Below are positions 28,962 through 38,530 of a DNA stretch of 64,000 nt, piece by piece. The stretch spans positions 324,997 through 388,996 of the forward strand of contig JABFGG010000003.1 of the NCBI GenBank assembly GCA_013112575.1, in the 5' to 3' direction. The stretch comes from Chloroflexota bacterium (lineage in GTDB: Bacteria; Chloroflexota; Anaerolineae; Anaerolineales; UBA11579). Both the position numbers and the translations under genes were made by a program. The notes under the pieces were generated by a model. That model ran no database searches. It saw nothing but the letters and a program-made list of their open reading frames with translations, and was not told the origin of the DNA. Within the stretch, counting starts at the first letter, position 1. Each line of letters starts with the position of its first letter.

Positions 28962-30416
28962 TTATGGAATAAGTGGTGGGATACTTTCGATATATACATC
29001 CATGTTGGCTGCAAATTCTGCCAGATCGATCTTGTCCTGGGTGAGGAAAATATCGGCGTTGCCGTGGCAAGAATTGCAAGTCTGGTTTTGCGGGGTGATC
29101 AACTGGATATTGTGTGGTGTTGCGTACTTCCAGGTCGGGGATGCGTCAAAATCGGTTAGTAGACCCGACTCGTAGAAGCCATAACTTTCGGGGGAAATCG
29201 GTACGTGTCGTACCGGAACGAAACTATAGGGGCGATCAAAGGTCGGATTGGGATTGCGACCGATAAAGAAGGTCAGGTAATCACCTTCCGTCCTGAAAAT
29301 GGGATTGCCACTTTCTTCGCTTATTGAGACATGGCAGCCATCACAACTGGTATAAGCTACCGAGTGACACACTTGGCAGGATAGTTCTGTGCCGTGTTGG
29401 GCATGCATCTGGATACCGTCAGTGCCGGTGGTCACCGGGGCATGACAGGTCTCACAGCGGGGTTGCTGCAAACCATCGTAGCGATGATCGGCTGGAGCGA
29501 ACTCGGCTGCTTCTGGTCCGGTGTGGCATTCCTGGCAATCAGCGGGTGCCCCATGCATTTCATGACCGCTGTGGCAATCTGTGCAGGTCATGCGTCCCTG
29601 ACGGAAGTGAACGTCGGCCTGGAAGTCTTCATGTTTCCCGAGATATTCGTTGCCTACGCGGCTGCCGTGGCAGGCCGTGCAGTTACGCGTCATTGAGGGA
29701 GTCTCATTAAAGACGTGGCCCTCGATAAAGCCACCGCCAACAGAAGCGGGTTGGCTTACGTGGCAGTCGCCGCAGGATGTGTGACAACTACTGCAATGGT
29801 TGCCAAACATTTCCTGAACGGCGGGGTGTTCAAAATCTGCACCACGCGCTTCAATGGCGGTCTCATAACCTTTAAGGGTCACATGCAGACTGTTGCCGAA
29901 GGTCTCCACCACGTTTGGATGGCAGCTCTGGCATGTTTCGCCATTCTCGCTGGGGCGGGCCACCATTTCCGTGTGCGCGGTATCTTTGTCGGCAGATTGT
30001 TGACCACCATGGCATTCACTGCAGGACAATTGGCCATGCACTGTAATGTCGAATTTTTCTGAGTCAACCAGGACTTTTTCCCAAGGCTCCAACGGAGCCA
30101 CTTCGCCCCCTCAACCGGCGCCTTCATTTTCGGAGTGGAGATCTACCTCAGGCTCGGCTGTATCGATAAGCATTTGCTTGTCGGTGTGACATACAATGCA
30201 TTCGTCGGTGCTTTGCACCTCGCCTACAGGGTCATCTGTGCTAGTTTCCTCGTCCGAAACAGGCTCGTCAACTGCAGCATGAATAGTGGATGTTGCCTGG
30301 GGCTCAATTTCTTCAGTGACTGCATCCCCCGAACCAGGCTGACAAGCAGCAAGCAGGAAAATGCCCGCCAGCAATATCAATACGATGATGGTGTAACGAT
30401 GATTGTTTCCGTGCAT
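28962..30416 (-). CDS. Putative selenocysteine-containing dodecaheme cytochrome c lipoprotein (484 aa, U102)
   Basis: ORFs 30111-30416 and 28962-30101 are in frame across TGA (30111-30113): SENEGAG-U-GGEVAPLEPWEK; 1+11 CxxCH; only the 5' part has a signal/lipobox (LAAC); SECIS-like hairpin at 30085-30099. Confidence 0.8.
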
Positions 30417-30447
30417 ATTTATAACCTTGGCCCGGAAGGGCAGAAAT

Positions 30448-30630
30448 ATGTGAATGAAGGTACAAATTCGTGATAAATTTCACTTTCATTATAAACATTA
30501 GCTATGTAAAATCAAGCTCTTCAATAGGTTTTAGCTATAGGTTTTGGTTTTGCGTACCTATAAGTAAAAATTATCACAAACTATTAGCTGCCTATTGAAA
30601 GGAACGGTTAGTTTGTTATAATATTCACAA
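30448..30630. promoter_or_regulatory. Divergent control region with Rex-like and LysR-like boxes
   Basis: TTGTTATAATATTCACAA (30613-30630), TCGTGATAAATTTCACTT (30468-30485); ATA-N9-TAT at 30491, 30524 and 30560. Confidence 0.6.
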
Positions 30631-30649
30631 AAGTCTGGTAATTTTTAGA

Positions 30650-31171
30650 GTGTTTATATGTTTAGTGAGAGTGGTGGGGATGAAAATGCCAATTTGGCTG
30701 ATTGCTAAGGAGCCACCTGTGTTTATTTGTAAGTTTAACCATCCTTCCATCAAAGGCATCTTGATTTGCCTCGGCCTGTTGCTTATCCTGATCTTGTCTG
30801 GCTGCAGCTCCATAGGCGCTTCAGGTGTGCAAGAGGGAGGAACGATCACAGGGCGTGTCTGGCTCGATGAAAATGCAGATGCAGAATGTGATGATTGTGA
30901 GTGTGAGTTTTATCTGGAAGATATCCCCATCCGGTTATATGAAGCACCGTGTGGTGGTCTGATCGTCAAAACCGTGATGACTGATGCAGAAGGCATTTTT
31001 TCATTCCCTGATCTGGAACCTGGTTCCTACTGTGTGATGCCCAACGTCAAATTGATCTGTGAAGGTTATCAGGCCACAACCCCCATTACACAAACAGCAG
31101 AACTTAATGCGGGAGAAACCATAGAACTGGATTGGTTCGGCTTCGACCATCACTTTGATGTGAATGAATAA
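30650..31171 (+). CDS. Small lipoprotein with SdrD-B/Cna-like beta-sandwich domain (start uncertain)
   Basis: LSGC lipobox; ITGRVWLDENAD, TDAEGIFSFPDLEPGSYCV; several Cys. Confidence 0.7.
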   Translation: MFICLVRVVGMKMPIWLIAKEPPVFICKFNHPSIKGILICLGLLLILILSGCSSIGASGVQEGGTITGRVWLDENADAECDDCECEFYLEDIPIRLYEAPCGGLIVKTVMTDAEGIFSFPDLEPGSYCVMPNVKLICEGYQATTPITQTAELNAGETIELDWFGFDHHFDVNE

Positions 31172-31183
31172 AAGGGAGTAGCT

Positions 31184-32143
31184 ATGTTAGATGCACACCA
31201 ATTGAATGTTTTTCTTGTAGCGGCTGAAACCCTGAACTTCACGAAAACGGCCAAGCGCCTGCACATGACCCAGCCAAGTGTCAGTCAGCATATACAGGCA
31301 CTAGAGAAACATTTCGGTACGCCCCTATTTGCGCGCAACGGACGGCACCTGGATTTGACCGATGCCGGTCAAACCCTGGTCCCGCAAGCACGTGAAATGG
31401 TGAGAGCATCGATACGAATAGAAGAAACGATGGAATCACTCAAGGGTGAAGTTTATGGACACCTCATGGTGGGTTGCAGCACGACCCCCGGAAAATATGT
31501 CCTGCCACATCTCCTTGCCCGTTTTCATGAGAATTACCCCGAAGTGCGCGTCACATGTAATGTGACCAGCCAGGACAACGCAATTCAGATGTTATGCGAT
31601 GGCAATGTCCATATTGCTTTGACCAGCACCTCCCATGATTTTTGTAAAGGGGCGGAGTTCCGAAAATTCTTATGCGACTCACTCGTGCTGATCGCGCCTT
31701 TGAATCACCCCTGGGCCGAGCGCGGCGTAATAGAACCGCATGAATTGTACGAAGAAAAATACATTATGAGGGAAGAAGAATCGGGCACATTACAGGCTGT
31801 GGCGCAGGGTTTACGTGAAGGCAACATTGATTTCCACAGCTTCAAAACTTTTCTCACTCTGGGGAATTCGGAGGCGATTGCGCTCTCGGTACAGGAGGGC
31901 CTGGGTGTTGGCTTTGTGTCTAAGATGGTTGTCGACAAACTCTGTGAGAACCGGGTCGGTATTGTAGATATCGACGGCTTCAATCTTTGCCGTGATATTT
32001 ACATTGCACGGCAACCCAGCCTACCGGCTTCTGCTGCACTGACCGCTTTCTGGGAATTCATCAGTACTTTTGATTATCCTTATGAAATGTCTCAAAACAG
32101 TATTTTTGCCACCGACCGTATCCCTATCGCTCCACCGGTATAG
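31184..32143 (+). CDS. LysR-family regulator (CysL-like)
   Basis: NFTKTAKRLHMTQPSVSQHIQALE, GCSTTPGKYVLP, REEESGT. Confidence 0.93.
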   Translation: MLDAHQLNVFLVAAETLNFTKTAKRLHMTQPSVSQHIQALEKHFGTPLFARNGRHLDLTDAGQTLVPQAREMVRASIRIEETMESLKGEVYGHLMVGCSTTPGKYVLPHLLARFHENYPEVRVTCNVTSQDNAIQMLCDGNVHIALTSTSHDFCKGAEFRKFLCDSLVLIAPLNHPWAERGVIEPHELYEEKYIMREEESGTLQAVAQGLREGNIDFHSFKTFLTLGNSEAIALSVQEGLGVGFVSKMVVDKLCENRVGIVDIDGFNLCRDIYIARQPSLPASAALTAFWEFISTFDYPYEMSQNSIFATDRIPIAPPV

Positions 32144-32418
32144 AAAATGGCAGTATTTTGCAATCTGGAAAAAGTTCATGATCCAAGAAAACGGGAGAAA
32201 AATACTCCACAATAAGCAATCATTTGAGAGACATATAACGATTTAATCGAATGAAGCTGAAAATAAGTCTTAATTTGACAAATAAGGTCTTATTGTCCTC
32301 CTAAAAAGGGGACATCTGTCACTACGGTGAAGTACACGGTACGGCTACGATTCAATAGGAAAGACTTATCTTTTGGCGACTATAAACATTTCAATTGACA
32401 AAGGAAATAGAGGCACCA

Positions 32419-33435
32419 ATGACAAAGAGCAGACGTATTAAAATCGCCATCATAGCCGGCATTTTCAGCGGTTTATTCGCCATGCTGCTTACCAACGGGT
32501 TCGCACTGGCCAGCCCGGTTTCCCAGGATGAAGATCCCCCTGATGACTTTCTAACTTCAGAACAATGCGCTGCATGCCATCTGGACGTCACCAGTCATTG
32601 GGAAACCAGCCCCCATGCCAATGCTTATGCTGATCCTGTGTTCCAGGAGCGTTGGACGGGGCTTGGTGAGCCAGAGGAATGTTTAGCTTGCCACACTACA
32701 GATTATCGTGCCAGTACAGGTGAATATGCTGCTGAAGGTGTTGACTGCAGTGCCTGTCATGGGGATGTTCCGAGCGACCATCCTGCCTCATTTGCCTCGG
32801 TAGTAGCAGATACGGATTTCTGCGGAAGCTGTCATACCACCACACTCAGTGAATGGCGTAGAACCGGCCATGCTTTGGGTGGGGTTGGCTGTATCGACTG
32901 CCACGATCCCCACAATCAGCAGCCTCTTTTTGAAGACCCTGATGATCTATGTATCAATTGTCATCAAGACTCAATGGAAGACTATCTTGAGGACCTGCAT
33001 ATACAAAAGGGTATAGGTTGTGTGGATTGCCATGCTTTGGTCATCCCTCCTGAAGAAGAGCCGCAAGACGGTATCGTACCTACGGGGCATGGTTTTAACA
33101 TTACCCCGGCTACCTGTGTGGCTTGCCATACGGACGCCCTGCACGCCGGTTTCTCATTGCCCGGATACACACATCCGAGCCTGGAAGAAGTTGATGCTGA
33201 AGCTCAACCTGGGTTGCTGACCGAGGCCACCGAAGCCGAACATGTTGTTGCTGAAGGACAGCTTTCTGAGCAACAGCGTATTCAGGCGCTGGAAGCCGCG
33301 GCTGCCAGCCGTAATCTTTCTGTTCTTTTCCAGGGCGGCATCATTGGTTTGGTATTAGGCAGCTCAACGGCCTGGTTGATTTTGAGTAACCTGCGTCGTC
33401 GCGAGCAACAGGACGAAAATGGAGCCCAAGAATGA
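32419..33435 (+). CDS. Membrane-anchored octaheme cytochrome c
   Basis: Signal peptide, 8 CxxCH motifs, C-terminal TM helix. Confidence 0.9.
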   Translation: MTKSRRIKIAIIAGIFSGLFAMLLTNGFALASPVSQDEDPPDDFLTSEQCAACHLDVTSHWETSPHANAYADPVFQERWTGLGEPEECLACHTTDYRASTGEYAAEGVDCSACHGDVPSDHPASFASVVADTDFCGSCHTTTLSEWRRTGHALGGVGCIDCHDPHNQQPLFEDPDDLCINCHQDSMEDYLEDLHIQKGIGCVDCHALVIPPEEEPQDGIVPTGHGFNITPATCVACHTDALHAGFSLPGYTHPSLEEVDAEAQPGLLTEATEAEHVVAEGQLSEQQRIQALEAAAASRNLSVLFQGGIIGLVLGSSTAWLILSNLRRREQQDENGAQE

Positions 33436-34259
33436 CAGATAATGCCAAAGAGTCTAAACAGACCGAACCGCTCCTCTCCCGACGGGATTTATTAAAGGTC
33501 GCTGGTGCGACCCTGGGAACGGTAGCAATTACAGAACTGGTCATCACGGGGCCATTATCGCCAGCGGAGATCCAGGGTATTGAGCGTGAATCGCATGGCG
33601 CCATTTCTGGTGAAAACGAATGGCATATGGTCATTGACCTCGAGAAGTGTATCGGCTGCCAGTATTGTATGTGGGCTTGCCAGGGGGTCAATGATGTGCC
33701 CACTGACGAGATGCGCTGGAATGTCGGTTTCCCTGAAGTCACTGATAACGGCACCGAATTTTTCATGACGCGGCCCTGTTTACATTGTTCAGATGCTCCT
33801 TGTGTCAAGGTCTGCCCGGTGGGCGCTACCTGGACACGTGAAGATGGCCTTGTGTCGATGGACTATGACCGCTGCATTGGCTGCCGGTACTGCCAGGTGG
33901 CCTGCCCTTATGATGCCCGCCGCTTTAATTGGGAAGTTTCCGAACAGGAAAATCCCTATCAACCTACCTGGGGTACAGCCGAGGTAGAGAGGCGCACACG
34001 CGGCGTGGTCGAAAAATGCACCTTTTGTGAACACCGCATCGATCGTGGCGTAGAGCAGGGACTTGTACCTGGTGAAGATGTCCAGGCGACACCTGCCTGT
34101 GTAAATGTATGCCCGGTTGGCGCACGCGTATTTGGTGACATTAAGAACCCTGAATCCAAACTTTCTCAATATCTGGACAACAACGACACTTTCCGTTTAC
34201 GCGAAGACTTTGGTACCGAACCGAAAGTGCATTACGTACGCCCTGAGAGTGAGGTCTAA
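33432..34259 (+). CDS. Tat-exported 4Fe-4S protein (NrfC/PsrB-like)
   Basis: SRRDLLK Tat motif; CIGCQYC..C, CLHCSDAPC..C, CIGCRYC..C, KCTFC..C..C. Confidence 0.93.
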   Translation: MTDNAKESKQTEPLLSRRDLLKVAGATLGTVAITELVITGPLSPAEIQGIERESHGAISGENEWHMVIDLEKCIGCQYCMWACQGVNDVPTDEMRWNVGFPEVTDNGTEFFMTRPCLHCSDAPCVKVCPVGATWTREDGLVSMDYDRCIGCRYCQVACPYDARRFNWEVSEQENPYQPTWGTAEVERRTRGVVEKCTFCEHRIDRGVEQGLVPGEDVQATPACVNVCPVGARVFGDIKNPESKLSQYLDNNDTFRLREDFGTEPKVHYVRPESEV

Positions 34260-34260
34260 G

Positions 34261-35496
34261 ATGGCAACATTGGAACTTCCAAGAAGACAAAATCTGACGC
34301 CTTTCACGATCTGGATGGCCGGATTGGTTCTGCTGCTGGCTGTTGGAGCCATTGGTATGGCCATTACCCTGATTTACGGTTTGCAGGTTACTGGCCTGCG
34401 TGATCAGGTCCCCTGGGGCCTGTGGATTACACACGACCTGTCTGCAATTGCCCTGGGTGCCGGTGCGTTTACCTTTTCGGCGGTGGTGTACCTGTTCAGG
34501 ATAAAGCGTTTTGAACCTATGGCGCGTGTAGCAGTATTTGTCGGCTTTTTGGGCTACTCTTCGGCCATGCTTGTACTGGCCATGGACATTGGCCGTCCGG
34601 ACAGGTTCTGGCACCCACTTATTTATTGGAATGTTCATTCAGTTCTCTGGGAGATCACCTGGTGTGTGATCCTCTATTCCGGAGTGTTGATCGCTGAAGT
34701 ATTTCCAATTGTGACTGAACTGAAGTTTTTTGACCGTTACCCTAAGATCCGCGAATTTGGTCATTCCCTGCACCGTTTCACCTGGGTCTTTGCCATATTT
34801 GGCCTGGCGCTCTCCTTATTGCACCAGTCCTCTCTAGGTGCTACCTATGGTGTGCTCTCCGGTAGAGCCATATGGTTCAAGCCTTCTCTTCCAGTGATGT
34901 TCATCATTTCAGCGGTTGCGGGCGGCATGTCCCTGACCTTGCTGGCCACCCTGGTTGTAGGTCTGGTACGTGGCGTGGAATTGATCCCGCGTGACCTGAT
35001 CCGCTCTATCTCCCGCGTGATCGCATTTGCTTTATTGGGTTACTTGTATCTAAAGCTTTGGGACTGGGCAGCAACTTCCTATTACAGTAGCTCCCCAGGA
35101 GCCGCAGATGCACTTGCCCGTTTGCAGGCAACGACTCCTTATACGACAACCTTCTGGTGGTTGGAGATAGTGCTGGGGGGCCTGGTTCCGGCTGTCATCC
35201 TTCTCTGGTCGCAATTGCGTCGTAATCCTGCCTACCTGGTAAGTGCACTTTCTCTCATCATCATGGGAGTGGTCGTGAACCGCTGGAATGTAACCCTATC
35301 CGGTCTGGTCGTGCCACCGCAGTGGTCTCCTGGAGTTACCGGTGGTACTTTGGCAGTTTCCTATTTCCCCTCAGCCGTTGAGGTCATGGTCTCACTTGGG
35401 GTGCTGGCTTACATGCTAACGGCATTTACCCTGGGCGCTCGTTATCTGCCCTTGTTCAAGAAAATAGGGGAGCAAGAAGCAGCCCATGCTGATTAG
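34261..35496 (+). CDS. NrfD/PsrC-family quinol-interacting membrane subunit
   Basis: VPWGLWI, DIGRPDRFW, SVLWE, LHQSSLG; ATG at 34261 after GAGG. Confidence 0.92.
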   Translation: MATLELPRRQNLTPFTIWMAGLVLLLAVGAIGMAITLIYGLQVTGLRDQVPWGLWITHDLSAIALGAGAFTFSAVVYLFRIKRFEPMARVAVFVGFLGYSSAMLVLAMDIGRPDRFWHPLIYWNVHSVLWEITWCVILYSGVLIAEVFPIVTELKFFDRYPKIREFGHSLHRFTWVFAIFGLALSLLHQSSLGATYGVLSGRAIWFKPSLPVMFIISAVAGGMSLTLLATLVVGLVRGVELIPRDLIRSISRVIAFALLGYLYLKLWDWAATSYYSSSPGAADALARLQATTPYTTTFWWLEIVLGGLVPAVILLWSQLRRNPAYLVSALSLIIMGVVVNRWNVTLSGLVVPPQWSPGVTGGTLAVSYFPSAVEVMVSLGVLAYMLTAFTLGARYLPLFKKIGEQEAAHAD

Positions 35497-35571
35497 CCTG
35501 GATAGGTAGGGCAATTGCTGCTCGAATATGCTTTGAGGGAAATACAAGCTAGTTGCTAATTACTGAAAGTC

Positions 35572-35601
35572 AAGACCACCCGGAATAAGGGTGGTCTTTT
35601 T
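35572..35601 (+). terminator. Intrinsic terminator
   Basis: aagaccaccc..gggtggtctt followed by a T-run. Confidence 0.75.
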
Positions 35602-35806
35602 CGTTAGCGATTTAGTGAGTTGCTCACATAGGCCGAAAGGCATCGCTCCAAGCACAAATGAAAAATCATTTTCATGCAACAAATAAGCATGGTGTGTTTA
35701 TCTAGAGAGGTCTGTCCAGGTAGATCAATCTATCTATTCGTGTATCCCCCCTCTCTAACCTGAGTGTGCCGAGTTTTATTTACAACTTGCCGAAGATATA
35801 AAAGAA

Positions 35807-35839
35807 AACCGGGCACATGTTCATGTGCCCGGTCCTTTT
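35807..35839. terminator. Intrinsic terminator after the decaheme gene
   Basis: accgggcacatg-tt-catgtgcccggt hairpin with A/T flanks. Confidence 0.75.
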
Positions 35840-35861
35840 GTGCTTAGAACTTAGTTGCGAA

Positions 35862-37991
35862 CTAGGGTCGCACTAAGCCTGCGGTGCTACCGCCAATATC
35901 CTGGATGGAGTCGAACAGGACTTGGGCAACGTATTCCGCATTGTGGACGTACGCTCCGGGGTCCTTCTGGGAGTATTGGTAGTTGTAGGCAGCTTGCAAC
36001 AAGCGAGGCGTCCAGACATTGTACTGGTTGCCGTAGTTCGCTTCGCTGGGGCCAGCCGACTCGCCGTCACCGTCCGTATCAATGAAGAAATACGGGTAAG
36101 CGTGGGAGTCGTAGATGATGGGCGTGCCGGCCTCGGCAGCATATTCTTGAATCGCTGCATAGAGGATCTCAGCCAGGCCATCGATCTCGCCTGCTACACC
36201 TTCTTCTGTGTCACCATCACCATCGTAGTCCAAGGTGGTCTCAAAGCGGATGTTCTTGAAGTCTGCCGCAGTGGTCACCTCAGTATGGCATGCGGTGCAT
36301 AGAGTGGCATCCACTTCGAGAGCGTGGGCGTTGTGGCAGTCGGAGCATTCAGTAGCTCTTTCGACGTGCTCGAACAAGCCAGTGTAGTTCTTACCGTCGT
36401 ACTGGAACGCGCCTTTGGCAACGTCACCGAAGCGGGTTGCACCGGCTGCGAAGTAGTGGATGTTGATGAAGCGGATTTGGTCCGTGGGGGTATCTGCGGG
36501 TAATCCTTCAACTGCGCCATTGACCGAGTTCGTGGATGAACGGCCCTGGTGGCAGGTCATACACAGGGAACTCTCACTTTCAACCGTAGCTCCACTGGGG
36601 AAAGTCACTTCAGTGACTTCGTAGAGGGCGTAGGTATCCAGATCTGTGTGACAAGTCGCACAGGTGAAACCGTTGCCGGGTTCCTGAGAGATCTCGACGC
36701 CTTCCGTGAGGAACAAGCCGAGACCCTCGGTGCTGTGGCAGCGGCTGCAGGAGCCGGGCACTGCACCGTCTTCGTCCCAGTGACGGAAAGCTTCTTCCGA
36801 ACCGGCGAAGTGGCCATGGTCGATGCGGTTAGCGGTGGAGATGTCGATACCTGTGTTCAGGTCTTCGATCGAGTCGTACAGCAATTGAATGATGTACTTG
36901 CCGCCGTGGGCATAACCACCCGGATCCTTAAGGGAGACCTGGTAGTTATAGGCTGCTTTGAGCAGACGTGGTGTCCACGAAGCATATTTGTTGGGGAAGA
37001 TGGCTTCGCCATCATCTACTTCGCCGTTTCCGTCATCAATGAAGAAGTACGGATAAGCGTGCGAATCGTAAACAACGGGTGTGCCAGGTACTTCTGCTGC
37101 ATAGGCCTGAATGGCCTGGTAAAGCAATTCCTGCAAGCCAGCGATCTCGAAGGCAATGCCTTCTTGCATGTCGCCGTCGCCGTCGTAGTCAACCAGGGAA
37201 CCTGCCATACGCACGTCCCTGAGGTCTTCTACGCTTTCCACACCGGTGTGGCAGCTTGCACAATCCGCCACTTTAACTTCCAGGGTGTGGGAGTCGTGGC
37301 AGTCGATACAAGTTTGGGAGCCTTCGACGTGGTCAAAGCGCGCATCGTATGTATTCCCGGCGTATTCGTAACCGCCTTTGGTCAGCGTACCGTACTTGGT
37401 GGCTGTGGCTGCGTAGTAGTGGATGTTGATGAAGCCAAGTTCTTCATTGACTTCGTCTTCACCCTCAATGCCCAGTTCAGCGATGGTCTCATCAACTGCT
37501 ACTGATGAGGCGCGCCCCTGGTGGCATTGCATACAACGAGCTTCAGCACCCAATCCGGAGATCTCGACGCCTGATGGCATGACAACGCTGTCCATTGAAG
37601 CTGCAGCTTCGTTGTGGCAGGTGTCGCAGGTGATAACTTCGCCTACAGGCACTTCTGCATCAACGACGCCGAACTCACTACCATCGGCACCCAGGAAATC
37701 TTTGTAACCACTGGCAGCGTGGCATTTGGCACAAAATACGGGGATCACGGCCGGATCGTCTTCATCCCAATGTACGAAGGCTTCGGCAGAAGCATCTGCA
37801 TGCGGTGATGCCTGCCATTCTTCTAGAAATGGGACAGTGACTTCAGGGGCCATGTCTTCTTCCGGCATCGCTTCCACAATTTCAGTGACAACGACGGTTT
37901 CCTTGACTACCTCAGGGGTAGTACAAGCGGAAATGACCAATACGAGCGCGACGAGCGCTAGTAGCAGGAAGAGAGGGATTGATTTTTTCAT
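35862..37991 (-). CDS. Decaheme cytochrome c lipoprotein built from two tandem pentaheme repeats
   Basis: Lipobox ISAC; 10 CxxCH; duplicated SAEAF.HWDED, INIHY, DYDGDGD, YDSHAYPYFF, WTPRLL.AAYNY, DPG.Y.H. Confidence 0.9.
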   Translation of the reverse strand: MKKSIPLFLLLALVALVLVISACTTPEVVKETVVVTEIVEAMPEEDMAPEVTVPFLEEWQASPHADASAEAFVHWDEDDPAVIPVFCAKCHAASGYKDFLGADGSEFGVVDAEVPVGEVITCDTCHNEAAASMDSVVMPSGVEISGLGAEARCMQCHQGRASSVAVDETIAELGIEGEDEVNEELGFINIHYYAATATKYGTLTKGGYEYAGNTYDARFDHVEGSQTCIDCHDSHTLEVKVADCASCHTGVESVEDLRDVRMAGSLVDYDGDGDMQEGIAFEIAGLQELLYQAIQAYAAEVPGTPVVYDSHAYPYFFIDDGNGEVDDGEAIFPNKYASWTPRLLKAAYNYQVSLKDPGGYAHGGKYIIQLLYDSIEDLNTGIDISTANRIDHGHFAGSEEAFRHWDEDGAVPGSCSRCHSTEGLGLFLTEGVEISQEPGNGFTCATCHTDLDTYALYEVTEVTFPSGATVESESSLCMTCHQGRSSTNSVNGAVEGLPADTPTDQIRFINIHYFAAGATRFGDVAKGAFQYDGKNYTGLFEHVERATECSDCHNAHALEVDATLCTACHTEVTTAADFKNIRFETTLDYDGDGDTEEGVAGEIDGLAEILYAAIQEYAAEAGTPIIYDSHAYPYFFIDTDGDGESAGPSEANYGNQYNVWTPRLLQAAYNYQYSQKDPGAYVHNAEYVAQVLFDSIQDIGGSTAGLVRP

Positions 37992-38189
37992 TGTTGGGTC
38001 CTCTCACCTTTCGTTAAAAAGAGTGATAAACAAAAAAGTGTACACTTCTTTGACCAAGCGTATGCTTGGTGAGGTCTAACCGTATGGCTAAACCGGGGGG
38101 GCGAATTCTCTAGATGATTATGAATTTGAATGTAGGCACCTCCTGGATGGATAGTTAATCCCTATGGTTTTCTATACACGTAAACAGAC

Positions 38190-38381
38190 TTGTGCATGTA
38201 TGCACAAAACTGCATACTTTATACGATAAATATTGTCGCATTTCTTTGAATTTCTTGGCAGTGACAAATGTCCCAACCGCACCGGGCATATGTCCTTTTG
38301 TAGATTTGCATAATTTTTGATGAGAATCAGATTAATTGCACTAGGTGGTAAATGTCCTCCTCAATATGGGACAAATGCACC
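38190..38381. promoter_or_regulatory. Divergent control region: Rex-like box plus paired GGGAC-N4-GTCCC-like boxes
   Basis: TTGTGCATGTATGCACAA (38190-38207); boxes at 38261, 38283, 38345 and 38368. Confidence 0.6.
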
Positions 38382-38530
38382 TGCAATTAATCGGACAACA
38401 TCGGTAAACTTATCGCCGAAATATAGTTAGTTCAGGTTTTTGCAGTTGGCTATTTTCATTTTGGCCTAATCGTTATTACGAAATTGAATTAGTGATAAAA
38501 GGTATAATCCCATAATCTCAGGAGGCTTGA

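Noticed and set aside
34105-34260. 52-aa N-terminal extension of NrfD in the ORF track
   Set aside because: Overlaps the Fe-S gene; the ATG at 34261 has a proper RBS.
32419-35496. Alternative complex III or Nrf nitrite reductase
   Set aside because: No ActB molybdopterin-like domain, no ActD/E/F, and no CxxCK-bearing NrfA in the cluster.
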